This document shows, in pieces, positions 7,836-17,643 of a DNA stretch of 36,334 bases; positions within the stretch are counted from its first letter, which is position 1; each line of letters opens with the position of its first letter. Origin of the DNA: an uncultured Rhodobacteraceae bacterium. GTDB taxonomy: Bacteria > Pseudomonadota > Alphaproteobacteria > Rhodobacterales > Rhodobacteraceae. The position numbers and the translations under genes are program-made. Location: assembly GCA_947489325.1 (NCBI GenBank), contig CANLDA010000025.1, positions 1 through 36,334 of the forward strand. The letters run 5' to 3'. Under the pieces are notes generated by a model. That model saw nothing but the letters and a program-made list of their open reading frames with translations, ran no database searches and was not told where the DNA came from.

Positions 7836-8591
7836 ATGCGAGCGGGTGCAATGCATCTTGATGTGAAGGAGTTGAGAAGTTTTTATTATCGCAGCACGCT
7901 GGGGCGTGCGGCGCAAAAAGCTGTGCGTGATCAATTGCTGGAATTCTGGCCCGAAGCCAAGGGGCAAACCGTGGTTGGCTTTGGCTTTGCCGTACCTTTG
8001 TTACGCCCTTATCTTGCAGATGCGCGTCGTGTGATTGGATTGATGCCAGCCCCCCAAGGGGTCATGGCGTGGCCCGCAGGCATGCAAAATGTGTCAGTCT
8101 TGTCTGAGGAAACGCATTGGCCACTGGAAACGGGGCGGGTGGATCGTCTTGTGATGATGCATGGGTTGGAAAACTGCGAAAGCCCGGCTGAATTGCTGGA
8201 TGAGGCGTATCGCGTTTTGGGACCTGGCGGGCGCATGATCATTGTGGTGCCACATCGCGCAGGTATGTGGTCGCGCAGTGATGCCACGCCTTTTGGGTAT
8301 GGGCGGCCTTACTCGACGGGGCAGTTGGAAACGCAACTTAAAAAACATGGGTTTCGGCCCGAGCGAAATCGCACGACATTGTATCAACCCCCATCACACA
8401 AGCGGTTTTGGCGCAAGACAGGACCGTTTTGGGAAGGTTTTGGACGGGTTGTGTCGCCTGTGATGGCAGGCGGGGTGTTGATGCTGGAAGTCAGTAAACG
8501 TATTCCTGCACCAAGTGGTCCGGGATTGCGGGAAGCTGTGCGCAAGCCGCTGTCTGTGTTGGCACCAAAACCGGATACGGCACCTGTCTGA
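7836..8591 (+). CDS. class I SAM-dependent methyltransferase (type 11 domain)
   Basis: Divergent from gloB, as commonly seen in alphaproteobacteria. Motifs VVGFGFAVP and [14 protein letters not shown] resemble methyltransferase motifs I and post-I. The ORF-track start at 7827 is TTG. ATGs at 7836 and 7851 are alternatives. Confidence 0.65.
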   Translation: MRAGAMHLDVKELRSFYYRSTLGRAAQKAVRDQLLEFWPEAKGQTVVGFGFAVPLLRPYLADARRVIGLMPAPQGVMAWPAGMQNVSVLSEETHWPLETGRVDRLVMMHGLENCESPAELLDEAYRVLGPGGRMIIVVPHRAGMWSRSDATPFGYGRPYSTGQLETQLKKHGFRPERNRTTLYQPPSHKRFWRKTGPFWEGFGRVVSPVMAGGVLMLEVSKRIPAPSGPGLREAVRKPLSVLAPKPDTAPV

Positions 8592-8713
8592 AATGGAGTG
8601 TGTTGGTCGCTCATCAGTCCCTTGCGGTCCTTCTTCGCTTGTTTGACTTGCAGGCGGGCCTGCCAAACCTCCAAGGTATTTGACCAAGAAAAAGCTGAAA
8701 ACGGGTTGCGTGT

Positions 8714-9403
8714 TCAGAGGGTGTGTTCTGCGACCCATTCAGGCACCATTTGACTGGCTTTGCCAACGCGCACTTCTGCAAAGGCTGACGCGCGTGAGGA
8801 TGGCTCTAGATTAAGTTCCAGAGTGTGGGCGCCTGCATGTTTGGCCTCGGCCACAAAGTTTGCAGCGGGGTAAACTTCGCCGGATGTGCCAATTGAAACA
8901 AACAGGTCGGCATTGGCGAGGTGTTCATAAATGAAATCCATCTGATAGGGCATTTCGCCAAACCACACGATGTCGGGGCGTGTCGCTTGTGCTGCACATT
9001 TTGGACAGGGATCGCCCGTTTGCATGACTGTGGGGGCATCCCAGCGATACCCGCATACGTGACATAAGGCACGGTCAAGTTGGCCGTGCATGTGTATGAT
9101 TTTGCGGCTTCCTGCCTTTTCGTGCAGACCATCGACGTTCTGAGTAATGAGCAGAAAACTCCCGCTATGGTGCTGTTCCAGCTTTGCCAACGCAAGATGC
9201 GCGGCATTTGGGCCGGCCTCAGCTGCCTGCGCGCGGCGGGTGTTGTAAAAGGCATGTACCAGATCAGGGGTACGTTCAAAGGCGCCGGGGGTGGCCACGT
9301 CTTCGATACGATGCTGTGCCCAAAGCCCGCCTTCGTCACGAAATGTGCCAAGGCCGCTTTCGGCTGAAATTCCAGCACCGGTCAGAATAACAATATTGGT
9401 CAT
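8714..9403 (-). CDS. cobB: NAD-dependent protein deacylase, Sir2 family (CobB)
   Basis: Motifs GAGISAESGLGTFRD, TQNVDGLHEKAGS and HG, plus a Zn ribbon (CHVCG...CPKC). Start moved to the ATG at 9403 (MTNIVILTGAGIS) with GGAGAG RBS. The ORF-track start at 9436 is TTG. Confidence 0.9.
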   Translation of the reverse strand: MTNIVILTGAGISAESGLGTFRDEGGLWAQHRIEDVATPGAFERTPDLVHAFYNTRRAQAAEAGPNAAHLALAKLEQHHSGSFLLITQNVDGLHEKAGSRKIIHMHGQLDRALCHVCGYRWDAPTVMQTGDPCPKCAAQATRPDIVWFGEMPYQMDFIYEHLANADLFVSIGTSGEVYPAANFVAEAKHAGAHTLELNLEPSSRASAFAEVRVGKASQMVPEWVAEHTL

Positions 9404-9492
9404 GCGTCTCTCCACTGATGGGGGCGACAGTGCCAAGGGTTGACCACGGCGACAAGCCTGCGAAAAAGAGCATATAGCAAAAGGAAATATTT

Positions 9493-10194
9493 ATGGCTGA
9501 TTGGATTGCCGTCCTTGAGGATGAACAAAGTTTCAAAGGGTGGCGGATGCCCGATGGATTTGTTGCGACTGGCGCAACGATCGAAGAGCTGCGATCCTTG
9601 CTTGGGCCGGATTTGCCGGTTCTTCAGGTTGGTGGGGCACCTCGGATGGTGCCATGCGCGGTGATATCCCCGATCAAAGACCGAAAGATCGCGCCGATTG
9701 GGCAGGCTGTTCCGATGGATGAATGCGGTGATGCTCTTGTCGTGGTGGCTGGAGGGGTTGCGTCGCGCCCAAATTGGGATGGCATTGTGTTGGTGGCGGG
9801 CGCGCGCAGCGTTTGGATGCATGTCAGCGCGGGTGAAGCTATCAGTTTTGCCAGCTTCATAAGTGGGCAAATCGGCATGTCTCTTCACGCAACAGGAGGA
9901 AGCGCCGAGACGTTCCAAAGCACCTTGGATGATGTGGTGTCCCGCCCTGAGAAAATGGCTGCAATACTGGCGCGACCAAATCTTGATGGGGCCATGATGT
10001 GGGGGGCGTTGATTGGCGCCGAACTTGCCGCCGCCAAGCCATATTGGTTGGGTCAGCAGGTCATCGTGACTGGTGAAACGGGGCTGGCAACGAATTATGC
10101 CAAAGCCTTAGAGCAGCAAGGCGTTCCAATAGAGCTTGTTGATGTCGACGAGATGATCAAAGCAGGCTTCGCAGCCATAGGAGGCCCGTCATGA
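9493..10194 (+). CDS. 2-dehydro-3-deoxygalactonokinase (DgoK)-like protein, short/atypical
   Basis: N-terminal DWIAV and the central AGARSVWMHVSAGEAISFASFISGQ resemble DgoK DWIAVDWGTT and PGTHSKWvrVedGrIvdFaTfMTGE. However the DWGTT ATP-binding motif is replaced (LEDEQS), and at 233 aa the protein is ~60 aa shorter than typical DgoK. Confidence 0.35.
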   Translation: MADWIAVLEDEQSFKGWRMPDGFVATGATIEELRSLLGPDLPVLQVGGAPRMVPCAVISPIKDRKIAPIGQAVPMDECGDALVVVAGGVASRPNWDGIVLVAGARSVWMHVSAGEAISFASFISGQIGMSLHATGGSAETFQSTLDDVVSRPEKMAAILARPNLDGAMMWGALIGAELAAAKPYWLGQQVIVTGETGLATNYAKALEQQGVPIELVDVDEMIKAGFAAIGGPS

Positions 10195-10622
10195 AGGTTC
10201 TATTCGTTTGCCTTGGCAATATCTGCCGCAGCCCAAGCTCCGAAGGCGTGTTTCGCACACTCAGCGCCTGTACCGCAGATTCTGCAGGCACCGCAGGATG
10301 GCATGTGGGCAAACCCCCTTATGGCCCGATGCAACAAGCAGCGAAAGCACGCGGATATGATTTTTCCGACCTACGTGCACGGCAACTCTCTGCCACGGAC
10401 TTTACCGATTTTGAACTGATCATTGGCATGGATGACAGCAATCTTGCCAATATCGAGGCGCTGCGCCCTTCTGGGAACACCACATCGGTGCGCCTGTTCA
10501 CGGATTATGCCCCTGAAACAGGTATGAACGAGGTGCCTGACCCCTATTACACGCGTGATTTTGACGGTGCCCTTACGTTGATTGAAACTTGTGCGCGCAA
10601 TCTTGTGAAAGAGATTGGCTAA
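10191..10622 (+). CDS. low molecular weight protein-tyrosine-phosphatase
   Basis: P-loop VLFVCLGNICRSPSSEG (CX5R) and C-terminal DPYY motif. ATGA overlap with the upstream gene. AGGAGG RBS. Confidence 0.9.
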   Translation: MKVLFVCLGNICRSPSSEGVFRTLSACTADSAGTAGWHVGKPPYGPMQQAAKARGYDFSDLRARQLSATDFTDFELIIGMDDSNLANIEALRPSGNTTSVRLFTDYAPETGMNEVPDPYYTRDFDGALTLIETCARNLVKEIG

Positions 10623-10697
10623 CACAACCGGCTGCCTGTTTCTTCTTGGGTAAAATATCCCGGGGGTCTGGGGGCAGGCCCCCAGCGCGTGTGACTA

Positions 10698-13130
10698 TTA
10701 CCCGCGGGGCAGGCGCATGTCGGGATCATACGGGGATGGTGCAATGACGCTACAAGCTGTGAGGTCGCCCAGAATGTCGATCATAGCGGTGCTGCCTTCG
10801 GTCGCGAATGCAGGATCAACAAAGGCATAGGCCAAGTTCATGCCTGTGCGATACCCCCAGTCGCCTGATGTCACGGTGCCGATGACTTTGCCATCCGCCA
10901 TCACCGATGCACCGCCATGGGCGGCGGCGGCTGTGCTTGCGACCTGTAAAGTAACAAGTTTGCGGCCCGGTCCGGCCTCCTTGTGCCCAACCAAGGCGTC
11001 TTTGCCAATAAATTCTTTATCCAGACGCACAAAGCGATCCAGTCCGGTTTCAAAAGGGTCAAATTCGGTGATCAAATCGGCTTTCCAATGCAAGAACCCT
11101 TTTTCCATGCGCATGGACTCCACCGCACGCGCGCCAAACAAGCGCATCCCATGGTCCACCCCCGCTGCGCGTAGGGATTGATAGGCGGCGTAAAGATGGG
11201 CGTTGGGAATGTGGATTTCATAGGCCAATTCACCCGAAAAGCTGACGGCCATAACTGTTGCGGGGGCAAAGCCGATGAAACATTCGCGTACGGACAGCCA
11301 AGGAAATGCGGCGGCAGACCAATCTGCGCGCGACACTTCTGACAGCACATCGCGTGATCTTGGGCCTGCCAGTACAAGGATCGTCTGATCATTGGTCAGG
11401 CTTTTGATTTGAACATCCTCGTCATCACGCAGATGGTGTTGCAGCCAATCCATATCGTGAAATTCGCTGGCGGCGGCAGATCCATACCAAACCCGTAATG
11501 GGCCGCGATCTGATGCGGGCACATTCGCCACCGTGGCCTCGCCTTTAACCCTGCCGTGGTGGTTCAGCAAATATCCCAGCCCAACACGACCGTCGCGTTT
11601 GCTGACCGTGCCGCATATCATACGATCCAGAAAGCTGTGGCGATCGACACCCGTGATTTCTAAGCGATTGAACCCGTTGACTTCTGCTAAACCAACAGCG
11701 GTTTGTACGGCTTTCACCTCTTCCCCTACGACATCATGAGCTTCGTCAAATTTGAACGTATGGGTGACATGAAAGTCCGATGATGGTTTGAAATATTCTG
11801 CGCGCTCCCAGCCATTTACGACCGTGAATTCAGCGTTTTGCGCCTCTAACACAGGAGTCAGAGGGGTCGTTTTGGCGTAACGGCCCGCGGGGCGATGTTC
11901 ATTCGGAAAGTGAAAGCGAAACTCATTTTGATAATCTTCAATTGCTTTCAGTGCTGTCAGCTCTACATTGGCGTGGCCTGTAAATCGACGCGGATCAATA
12001 CACCAAGTGTCATAACAGGCCTCACCGTGCACGATTTGCTGCGCCAGCAACCATCCATGCCCGCCGCCTTCGCCCAAACCAGCCCGCAGGCCAATGATGC
12101 AAAAGGCGTTGCGCTTGCCCGGGATCGGCCCCACCAAAGGCGCCCCGTCGATGGTATAGGTGATTGGCCCGTTGACCACGGTGTGAATGCCGGTTTCCAT
12201 CAATGCAGGCATCCGCGCAAACGCGCCTTCTAACACATCGGTTACGCGATCAAGATCATCCGGGCACAGGGCATTTACGAAATTCGGATCAATCCCATCC
12301 ATACCCCATGTCTTACAGTCCTGTTCATAGAACCCGACCAGCAGACCGTTCTTTTCCTGACGGCAGTAGTAGTCAGAAATCGGGCAACGCAGCAGAGGCA
12401 TACGATGGCCTGCCTCTTTGATGGCCGGGATTTCCTCGGTCAGGAAATATTGGTGCTCCATCGACATGACAGGATGATGCACGCCCATCATTGCGCCGAC
12501 CTCATTCACGCGATAGCCACAAGCGTTCACCACAACTTCGCAATCAATATCGCCTTTGGTCGTATGGACGGTCCAACTGTGATCCTTGTGCTGCGTCAGG
12601 CCCGTGACTGGCGTGTTGCGGTAAACCTCTGCTCCGGCTTTGCGTGCGCGTCGTGCCAAAGCCTGACACAGTTGTGCCGGGTCAATATCGCCATCGCGAC
12701 CATCCCAAAGCCCCCCGACAAGGTTTTCGGTCGAAATCAACGGATGGCGACGCGCGCATTCTTCGGCATCGATCACCTCGAACTCTACATCCATTCCCCG
12801 CGCCATCGAGGAAAAGTGCCGATACCCCTCCATCTGGGCCTCTGTGTTGGCCAACCGGATGCCACCATCAGCATGATGATAGTTGATTGGATATTCCGGA
12901 TCTTCTGACAACTCTTTGTAAAGATTGATAGAATGGGTTTTCAGGCCAACCATGGTCTGGTTCATGCCAAAGTTGGTAACCTGCGCGGCAGAATGCCATG
13001 TGGTGCCGCTGGTCAACTCATCTCGTTCCACCAGAACCACATCGCTCCATCCCTCTTGGGTCAGGTGATATAAGGTTGAACAACCGGCAATTCCACCACC
13101 GATCACGACCGCGCGTGTTGTGCTTTTCAT
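10698..13130 (-). CDS. FAD-dependent dimethylglycine/sarcosine dehydrogenase family protein (DAO domain + GcvT-like aminomethyltransferase domains)
   Basis: 810 aa. N-terminal Rossmann VVIGGGIAGCSTLYHL, covalent-flavin histidine region, and a C-terminal GcvT-like fold. Length matches DMGDH/SarDH. Confidence 0.85.
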   Translation of the reverse strand: MKSTTRAVVIGGGIAGCSTLYHLTQEGWSDVVLVERDELTSGTTWHSAAQVTNFGMNQTMVGLKTHSINLYKELSEDPEYPINYHHADGGIRLANTEAQMEGYRHFSSMARGMDVEFEVIDAEECARRHPLISTENLVGGLWDGRDGDIDPAQLCQALARRARKAGAEVYRNTPVTGLTQHKDHSWTVHTTKGDIDCEVVVNACGYRVNEVGAMMGVHHPVMSMEHQYFLTEEIPAIKEAGHRMPLLRCPISDYYCRQEKNGLLVGFYEQDCKTWGMDGIDPNFVNALCPDDLDRVTDVLEGAFARMPALMETGIHTVVNGPITYTIDGAPLVGPIPGKRNAFCIIGLRAGLGEGGGHGWLLAQQIVHGEACYDTWCIDPRRFTGHANVELTALKAIEDYQNEFRFHFPNEHRPAGRYAKTTPLTPVLEAQNAEFTVVNGWERAEYFKPSSDFHVTHTFKFDEAHDVVGEEVKAVQTAVGLAEVNGFNRLEITGVDRHSFLDRMICGTVSKRDGRVGLGYLLNHHGRVKGEATVANVPASDRGPLRVWYGSAAASEFHDMDWLQHHLRDDEDVQIKSLTNDQTILVLAGPRSRDVLSEVSRADWSAAAFPWLSVRECFIGFAPATVMAVSFSGELAYEIHIPNAHLYAAYQSLRAAGVDHGMRLFGARAVESMRMEKGFLHWKADLITEFDPFETGLDRFVRLDKEFIGKDALVGHKEAGPGRKLVTLQVASTAAAAHGGASVMADGKVIGTVTSGDWGYRTGMNLAYAFVDPAFATEGSTAMIDILGDLTACSVIAPSPYDPDMRLPRG

Positions 13131-13314
13131 CAGATCAAGCTCCAGAAAATTGTGTTGCCCATATCAGGCGCAAAGCACATGTGTGGTGCAATCACGAAGT
13201 TGCAGATTAAGGGATTTGAAAACTATGGATTTTTGAATCTGAAATCTGCCTATGCAGGCTTGCGTAATTGGGCCAACCTGAGGTGATTAACCCACCTTAA
13301 ATGTCGGAGCCCGC

Positions 13315-14850
13315 ATGTCCATTCAGTCCAAACCCACACGTCGCCGCTCTGGCCGCCGTGAAAAGCTGGAACAACGCGCGGCACCACCGCAGGTAAATCC
13401 GGCGCCAGCGGGGCAGTTGGGCGGGGCTTACCGTCCGCTCAGCGAGACGGAGATGCAGGCCATCTATGACTGTGCGCTGCGCCTTCTGGATGATTTGGGC
13501 ATGGGCGAGGTGCCTGAGTATTTACGGGATCAATTGGTCACTCACGGGGCCCGGGTGAACGGCGAGCGGGTGCAGCTGCCGCCGTCACTTGTGGAGGCCG
13601 CGATCAAGGCCGCGCCGGGTGAATTTCACCTGCGCGGTCGCGATCCGGCGCGATCCATTCACGTGGGTGGTCAGCGCGTGCATTTCGGCACTGGCGGCGC
13701 GGCGGTACAGACGCTTGATCTGGACAGCGGCGATTATCGCCCCTCCACCTTGCGTGATTTATATGATTTCGCGCGTCTTCAGGATCAGCTGGACAACGTC
13801 AGCTGGTTCACCCGATGTTGCGTGGCCACCGACATGCCGGACGAGTTGACGCTGGACATCAACACAGTATTTGCTTTGCTCAAGGGCACCACCAAACCCG
13901 TCGCCACCAGCTTTACCTTGGCCGAACACGTTGCACCGATCATCAAGATGCTGGACATGGCAGAAGGCGAAACAGGGGCGTTCCGTCGCAACCCTTGGGT
14001 CAAAGCCCACATCAGCCCGGTGATTTCCCCCATGCGATACGGGGAAGATGCGGTTGAGGTGGTGTTAGAATGCATTAAGAACAATATCCCCATGTCCTGC
14101 ATCACTGCTGCGCAATCCGGCGCGACCGCGCCTGCCACGCTCGCAGGATTTTTGGCGCAATCCTTGGCAGAAACACTCGCGTCTTTGGTCATGGTGCATG
14201 CCTATGCGCCCGGTTATCCGATGGTGTTTTCCAACTGGCCGCTTGTTATTGATCTGCGTACCGGCGCGTTTTGTGGCGGAGGTGGCGAGATTTCCGTGCT
14301 GAACGCGGCCTCGGCGCAATTGTCGAACTGGCTGGGTCTCGTCAGTGGTGTGGCCTGTTCGATGACCGATGCCAAGGCGATTGATGCACAATACGGCATG
14401 GAAAAAGGCATTTCTGCTATGGCTGCGGGGCTGGCAGGCGGCAATTTGATCTACGAAAGCTCTGGCATGACGGCGTCCTTGCTGGGGGTCTCGTTCGAGG
14501 GGTTCTTGTTGGACAATGACATGCATGGTCACATTTACCGCAGCCTGCGCGGGGTCGAGGTAACTGATGCGATGTTGGGGTATGACGATATCGTCGAGGC
14601 CGTGTTGGGAGAGGGCCATTTCCTTGGCGGGGCGCAAACCATGGGCGCGATGGAGCGCGACTATTACTATCCCAATATGGCGGACCGGGACGCACCGATC
14701 ACATGGCGCGAAAAGGGGCAACCCGATGCCTGGTCACAGGCACGCGAACGTGCGCGCGAGATGTTGGCGCAACCTGATCCGGGATATTTGGACAAGTCTG
14801 CTGAGCGCGCCATTCGCGCGGAATTTGATATTCGACTGGGCAGTGCATGA
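13315..14850 (+). CDS. trimethylamine methyltransferase (MttB) superfamily protein, non-pyrrolysine type (likely quaternary-amine/glycine betaine methyltransferase)
   Basis: 511 aa. MttB-family features (IYDCALRLLDDLGM; TIM-barrel length). No in-frame amber codon. Divergent from the DMGDH-like gene. GGAG RBS before the ATG at 13315. Confidence 0.8.
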   Translation: MSIQSKPTRRRSGRREKLEQRAAPPQVNPAPAGQLGGAYRPLSETEMQAIYDCALRLLDDLGMGEVPEYLRDQLVTHGARVNGERVQLPPSLVEAAIKAAPGEFHLRGRDPARSIHVGGQRVHFGTGGAAVQTLDLDSGDYRPSTLRDLYDFARLQDQLDNVSWFTRCCVATDMPDELTLDINTVFALLKGTTKPVATSFTLAEHVAPIIKMLDMAEGETGAFRRNPWVKAHISPVISPMRYGEDAVEVVLECIKNNIPMSCITAAQSGATAPATLAGFLAQSLAETLASLVMVHAYAPGYPMVFSNWPLVIDLRTGAFCGGGGEISVLNAASAQLSNWLGLVSGVACSMTDAKAIDAQYGMEKGISAMAAGLAGGNLIYESSGMTASLLGVSFEGFLLDNDMHGHIYRSLRGVEVTDAMLGYDDIVEAVLGEGHFLGGAQTMGAMERDYYYPNMADRDAPITWREKGQPDAWSQARERAREMLAQPDPGYLDKSAERAIRAEFDIRLGSA

Positions 14851-14864
14851 GACCGTGCCAGACC

Positions 14865-15830
14865 TTATTCCCCCAAAATGCGCAACTCTCCTTCCAGAAA
14901 TGGCAAGGTGCGCACTGCAGGTGCAATGATCTGATCCTGCACCAAGCGACGCATGGTTTGCGCCACGTCGCGCGGCACGCGATCGGCCCAGTCGGTACTG
15001 GCAAACAACGAGATATTGCGCGAGAACGACGCAAAGGGCAGGGGGTGCGCACTCATCTGGTCATGAAACCGCGCCGCCCGCATGTATCCCAATGGTGTGG
15101 TGACGGCCCATCCCGTGCCCCGCGCCACCAACGCCATCAGCGACAGATGGCTGCCAATTTCAAACCGTTCTGGGAAGGTCAGTTTTTGTCGCGCCAGATG
15201 GGCCTCGATCTGACGGCTGATCAACTGTTCCCTATCATAACGCAAGAACGGCAAATCCTGAAGGCTGGCCAAAGTGTCGCCGTCTTTGCCCACCCGATCT
15301 TTGGGCGCCACAAGGATAAACGGATCACGCACCAAAGGATATTCACTGACACCTTCCAGAACCTCGCCGGTGCTGGCAGACACCCCAATATGCAAACGGC
15401 GCTCTTTCATCGCTGTGGTGATTTCGTGGCTGGGTGCGGTGATCAGTTTGAATCGGCATCGGGTCAGGCTGTCGGCCAAGACCGTCACCAGTCGCGGTGT
15501 CAGGTCATTGTCGAAATCATCAATGATGCCCATAGACAATGTGGACAAATGCGTCAGGTCCATCACCGTCAATTCAGATTGCGCCAGACGCAATTCCGAC
15601 AAAACCGATCGTGTGCGTTGCAGAAAGCTGCGCCCCGCCGAGGTCAATTGCATCGGGCGTTTGGTATGATCCACCAGATCGGTGCCCAAGGACCTTTCAA
15701 GATTGCGCAATTGCTGACTGACCGCTGGCTGCGACAGCCCGGTGATTTCAGCCGCCTGCGCGACCGACCCATTCGCGGCCAAGGCTTCGAACACTTCGAG
15801 ACCACGCAGCGACACGCCTTTCATCAACAT
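14865..15830 (-). CDS. LysR family transcriptional regulator
   Basis: HTH at the N-terminus (LRGLEVFEALAANGSVAQAAEITGLSQPAVSQQLRNLE) and a LysR substrate-binding domain. Start moved to the ATG at 15830 (MLMKG) with AGGAG 7 nt upstream. The ORF-track 43-aa N-terminal extension overlaps the hisD-family gene start. Confidence 0.8.
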   Translation of the reverse strand: MLMKGVSLRGLEVFEALAANGSVAQAAEITGLSQPAVSQQLRNLERSLGTDLVDHTKRPMQLTSAGRSFLQRTRSVLSELRLAQSELTVMDLTHLSTLSMGIIDDFDNDLTPRLVTVLADSLTRCRFKLITAPSHEITTAMKERRLHIGVSASTGEVLEGVSEYPLVRDPFILVAPKDRVGKDGDTLASLQDLPFLRYDREQLISRQIEAHLARQKLTFPERFEIGSHLSLMALVARGTGWAVTTPLGYMRAARFHDQMSAHPLPFASFSRNISLFASTDWADRVPRDVAQTMRRLVQDQIIAPAVRTLPFLEGELRILGE

Positions 15831-15921
15831 TTCCGCACTCCTGATAGATTTACCTTTTGTGAAACTGTCTGCGTGCTGGGTCAACCCGGAAAATTCCGGC
15901 ACCCGAAATCGGAGTTTTAAC

Positions 15922-17226
15922 ATGGCACGCGAATTTCTGAAGATATCGACAGCGATCACCTCTCAGGCAGAGGGGGATACATCCGATATCGTGAAGATCA
16001 TGCTGACCCGCATCAAAGAAGGTGGAGAGCAAGCCGTAAAGGATTATGCGTGCAAGCTGGATCACTGGGAGCAGGATGTTATTCTGGATCGCGCAGCGAT
16101 GGATGCCGCCATTGCCACTGTGCCAGAGCATGTGAAGGACGACATTCGATATGCCTATGACAATATTCGAAACTTTGCAAAGGCACAGCTTGCCTCTATT
16201 TCAGAATTTGAAACAGAGGTGCGCCCCGGCCTGATTGCGGGGCAGCGTTTGATCCCGCTTGAAGCCGCAGGATGTTACGTGCCGGGCGGGCGATACGCCC
16301 ATATCGCCAGCGCATTAATGAGCATCACAACTGCCAAGGTTGCTGGGGTGGCAGACATCACCGCCTGTTCCCCACCACGCGGTTCCGAAGGCATCCCTGC
16401 CATGGTTCTGTTCGCCATGGATCTGGCAGGCGCGGATCGCGTTCTCTCGCTGGGGGGAGTGCAAGGCGTTGCAGCCATGGCACAGGGGTTGTTTGGGGCA
16501 AAACCAGCCGACATTCTGGTCGGTCCAGGTAACCAATTCGTGGCCGAAGCCAAGCGCCAATTGTTTGGACAGGTGGGTATCGACATGTTCGCAGGGCCGA
16601 CGGATTCGCTCGTTCTGGCGGATGAAACGGCTGATCCGGAAACGGTTGCATGGGATTTGATCGGACAGGCGGAACATGGGTTCAACTCTCCAGTGTGGCT
16701 GGCGACAACATCGCGCGCGCTGGGGCAGGCGGTGCTGGATCACGTGGATGGGTGCATTGCCCAGCTGCCTGAACCCAACGCATCAAGCGCCCGCTTGGCA
16801 TGGGATGCATTGGGAGAGGTGATGCTGTGTTCGGATCGCGAAGAAATGGCCCAGCTCGCGGATGAATACGCCGCCGAACATTTGCACGTTCAGGCCGCCG
16901 ATCTGGAATGGTGGCGCGATCGGCTGTGTGCCTATGGATCGTTGTTTTTGGGCGAAGAAACCACGGTGCCGTTTGGCGACAAAGCCAGCGGGCCCAATCA
17001 TGTTTTACCAACCAGCCGCGCCGCGCGATATACGGGCGGTCTGTCCGTACATAAGTTCCTGAAGGTGGTGACATGGCAGCGCGTCACAGACGAGGCATTG
17101 CCTGACTTGGCCCGTGTCAGCGCGGCGATTTCCCGTCACGAAGGCATGGAAGGTCACGCCCGCAGCGCCGAAATCCGCCTTGAAAAGCGTGCAGGGTCGT
17201 TGCGATTGGTGGCAAACGGTGGTTGA
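15922..17226 (+). CDS. histidinol dehydrogenase family protein (HisD paralog; possibly HpsN-like sulfopropanediol dehydrogenase)
   Basis: 434 aa from the ATG at 15922 (GGAG 7 nt upstream). The ORF-track 60-aa extension overlaps the LysR gene. HisD-family motifs: GCYVPGGRYAHIASALMSITTAKVAGV, ACSPP, IGQAEHG (catalytic Glu-His). The gene context (LysR divergent, no his genes) suggests a paralog rather than the biosynthetic hisD. Confidence 0.8.
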   Translation: MAREFLKISTAITSQAEGDTSDIVKIMLTRIKEGGEQAVKDYACKLDHWEQDVILDRAAMDAAIATVPEHVKDDIRYAYDNIRNFAKAQLASISEFETEVRPGLIAGQRLIPLEAAGCYVPGGRYAHIASALMSITTAKVAGVADITACSPPRGSEGIPAMVLFAMDLAGADRVLSLGGVQGVAAMAQGLFGAKPADILVGPGNQFVAEAKRQLFGQVGIDMFAGPTDSLVLADETADPETVAWDLIGQAEHGFNSPVWLATTSRALGQAVLDHVDGCIAQLPEPNASSARLAWDALGEVMLCSDREEMAQLADEYAAEHLHVQAADLEWWRDRLCAYGSLFLGEETTVPFGDKASGPNHVLPTSRAARYTGGLSVHKFLKVVTWQRVTDEALPDLARVSAAISRHEGMEGHARSAEIRLEKRAGSLRLVANGG

Positions 17227-17550
17227 TCAGTGTTTGGCGCAAAACTGTGTCACAGTGGCGCCAAATTCTTTGTAGCTCTTCCAAAACCGTTCATCAGAGC
17301 GCTTGTCCGACATACGAATCTTTTCCGCGCGATCCGGTTCGCTGAAAAACTTGGCCGCCAGTTTCTGATCGCTTCTTGAAAGTTTGACGTCAGCCACCTG
17401 TTGAATACAACGGCATTTGCGAAAGGACTTGGCCTTGCGATCCGAACGGATGCAGGCCTCACCCAGAACCCCGGCCTGTGCCATCTGTACAGTGGGGAAG
17501 GTCAGCAAGGTGGCGCATATGGCCACGCAAAGCCCAAATTTCGTGATCAT
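17227..17550 (-). CDS. small secreted cysteine-containing protein (hypothetical)
   Basis: Start taken at the internal ATG (MITKFGLCVAICATLLTFPTVQMAQAG), a clear signal peptide. The mature part has 4 Cys. Stop is immediately adjacent to the hisD-family stop (tail-to-tail). Confidence 0.4.
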   Translation of the reverse strand: MITKFGLCVAICATLLTFPTVQMAQAGVLGEACIRSDRKAKSFRKCRCIQQVADVKLSRSDQKLAAKFFSEPDRAEKIRMSDKRSDERFWKSYKEFGATVTQFCAKH

Positions 17551-17643
17551 GATACTGCCTTTGTGCGCTCGCGGCATTATGGGGGCCGCTTGATTTTGGT
17601 AAATTATGACCAATCCACTGCCAAATGGCAATTGCCAGACACT

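Noticed and set aside
8384-8738. ORFs 8394..8738 (-) and 8384..8674 (-) between the methyltransferase and cobB; 9400..9918 (-) overlapping the DgoK-like gene
   Set aside because: They overlap the 3-prime end or body of better-supported genes on the other strand. No motifs.
10640-10680. GC hairpin CTGGGGGC-AG-GCCCCCAG between convergent LMW-PTP and DMGDH-like genes
   Set aside because: A strong stem, but no clear U-tract. Possibly a terminator, but not confidently callable by eye.
14847-15920. 357-aa plus-strand ORF antisense to the LysR regulator, and 14065..14721 (-) antisense to the MttB-family gene
   Set aside because: No recognisable domains. Extreme Arg/Gln/His content. Fully overlapped by genes with clear family signatures on the other strand.
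15742-15921. ORF-track N-terminal extensions of the hisD-family gene (from 15742), the LysR gene (to 15959), the nitroreductase (to 27266), tadA (from 34754), cobB (to 9436) and the PfkB-family gene (to 26315)
   Set aside because: The extensions overlap neighbouring genes or start at TTG/GTG. Internal ATGs with good RBS and family-typical N-termini were chosen instead.
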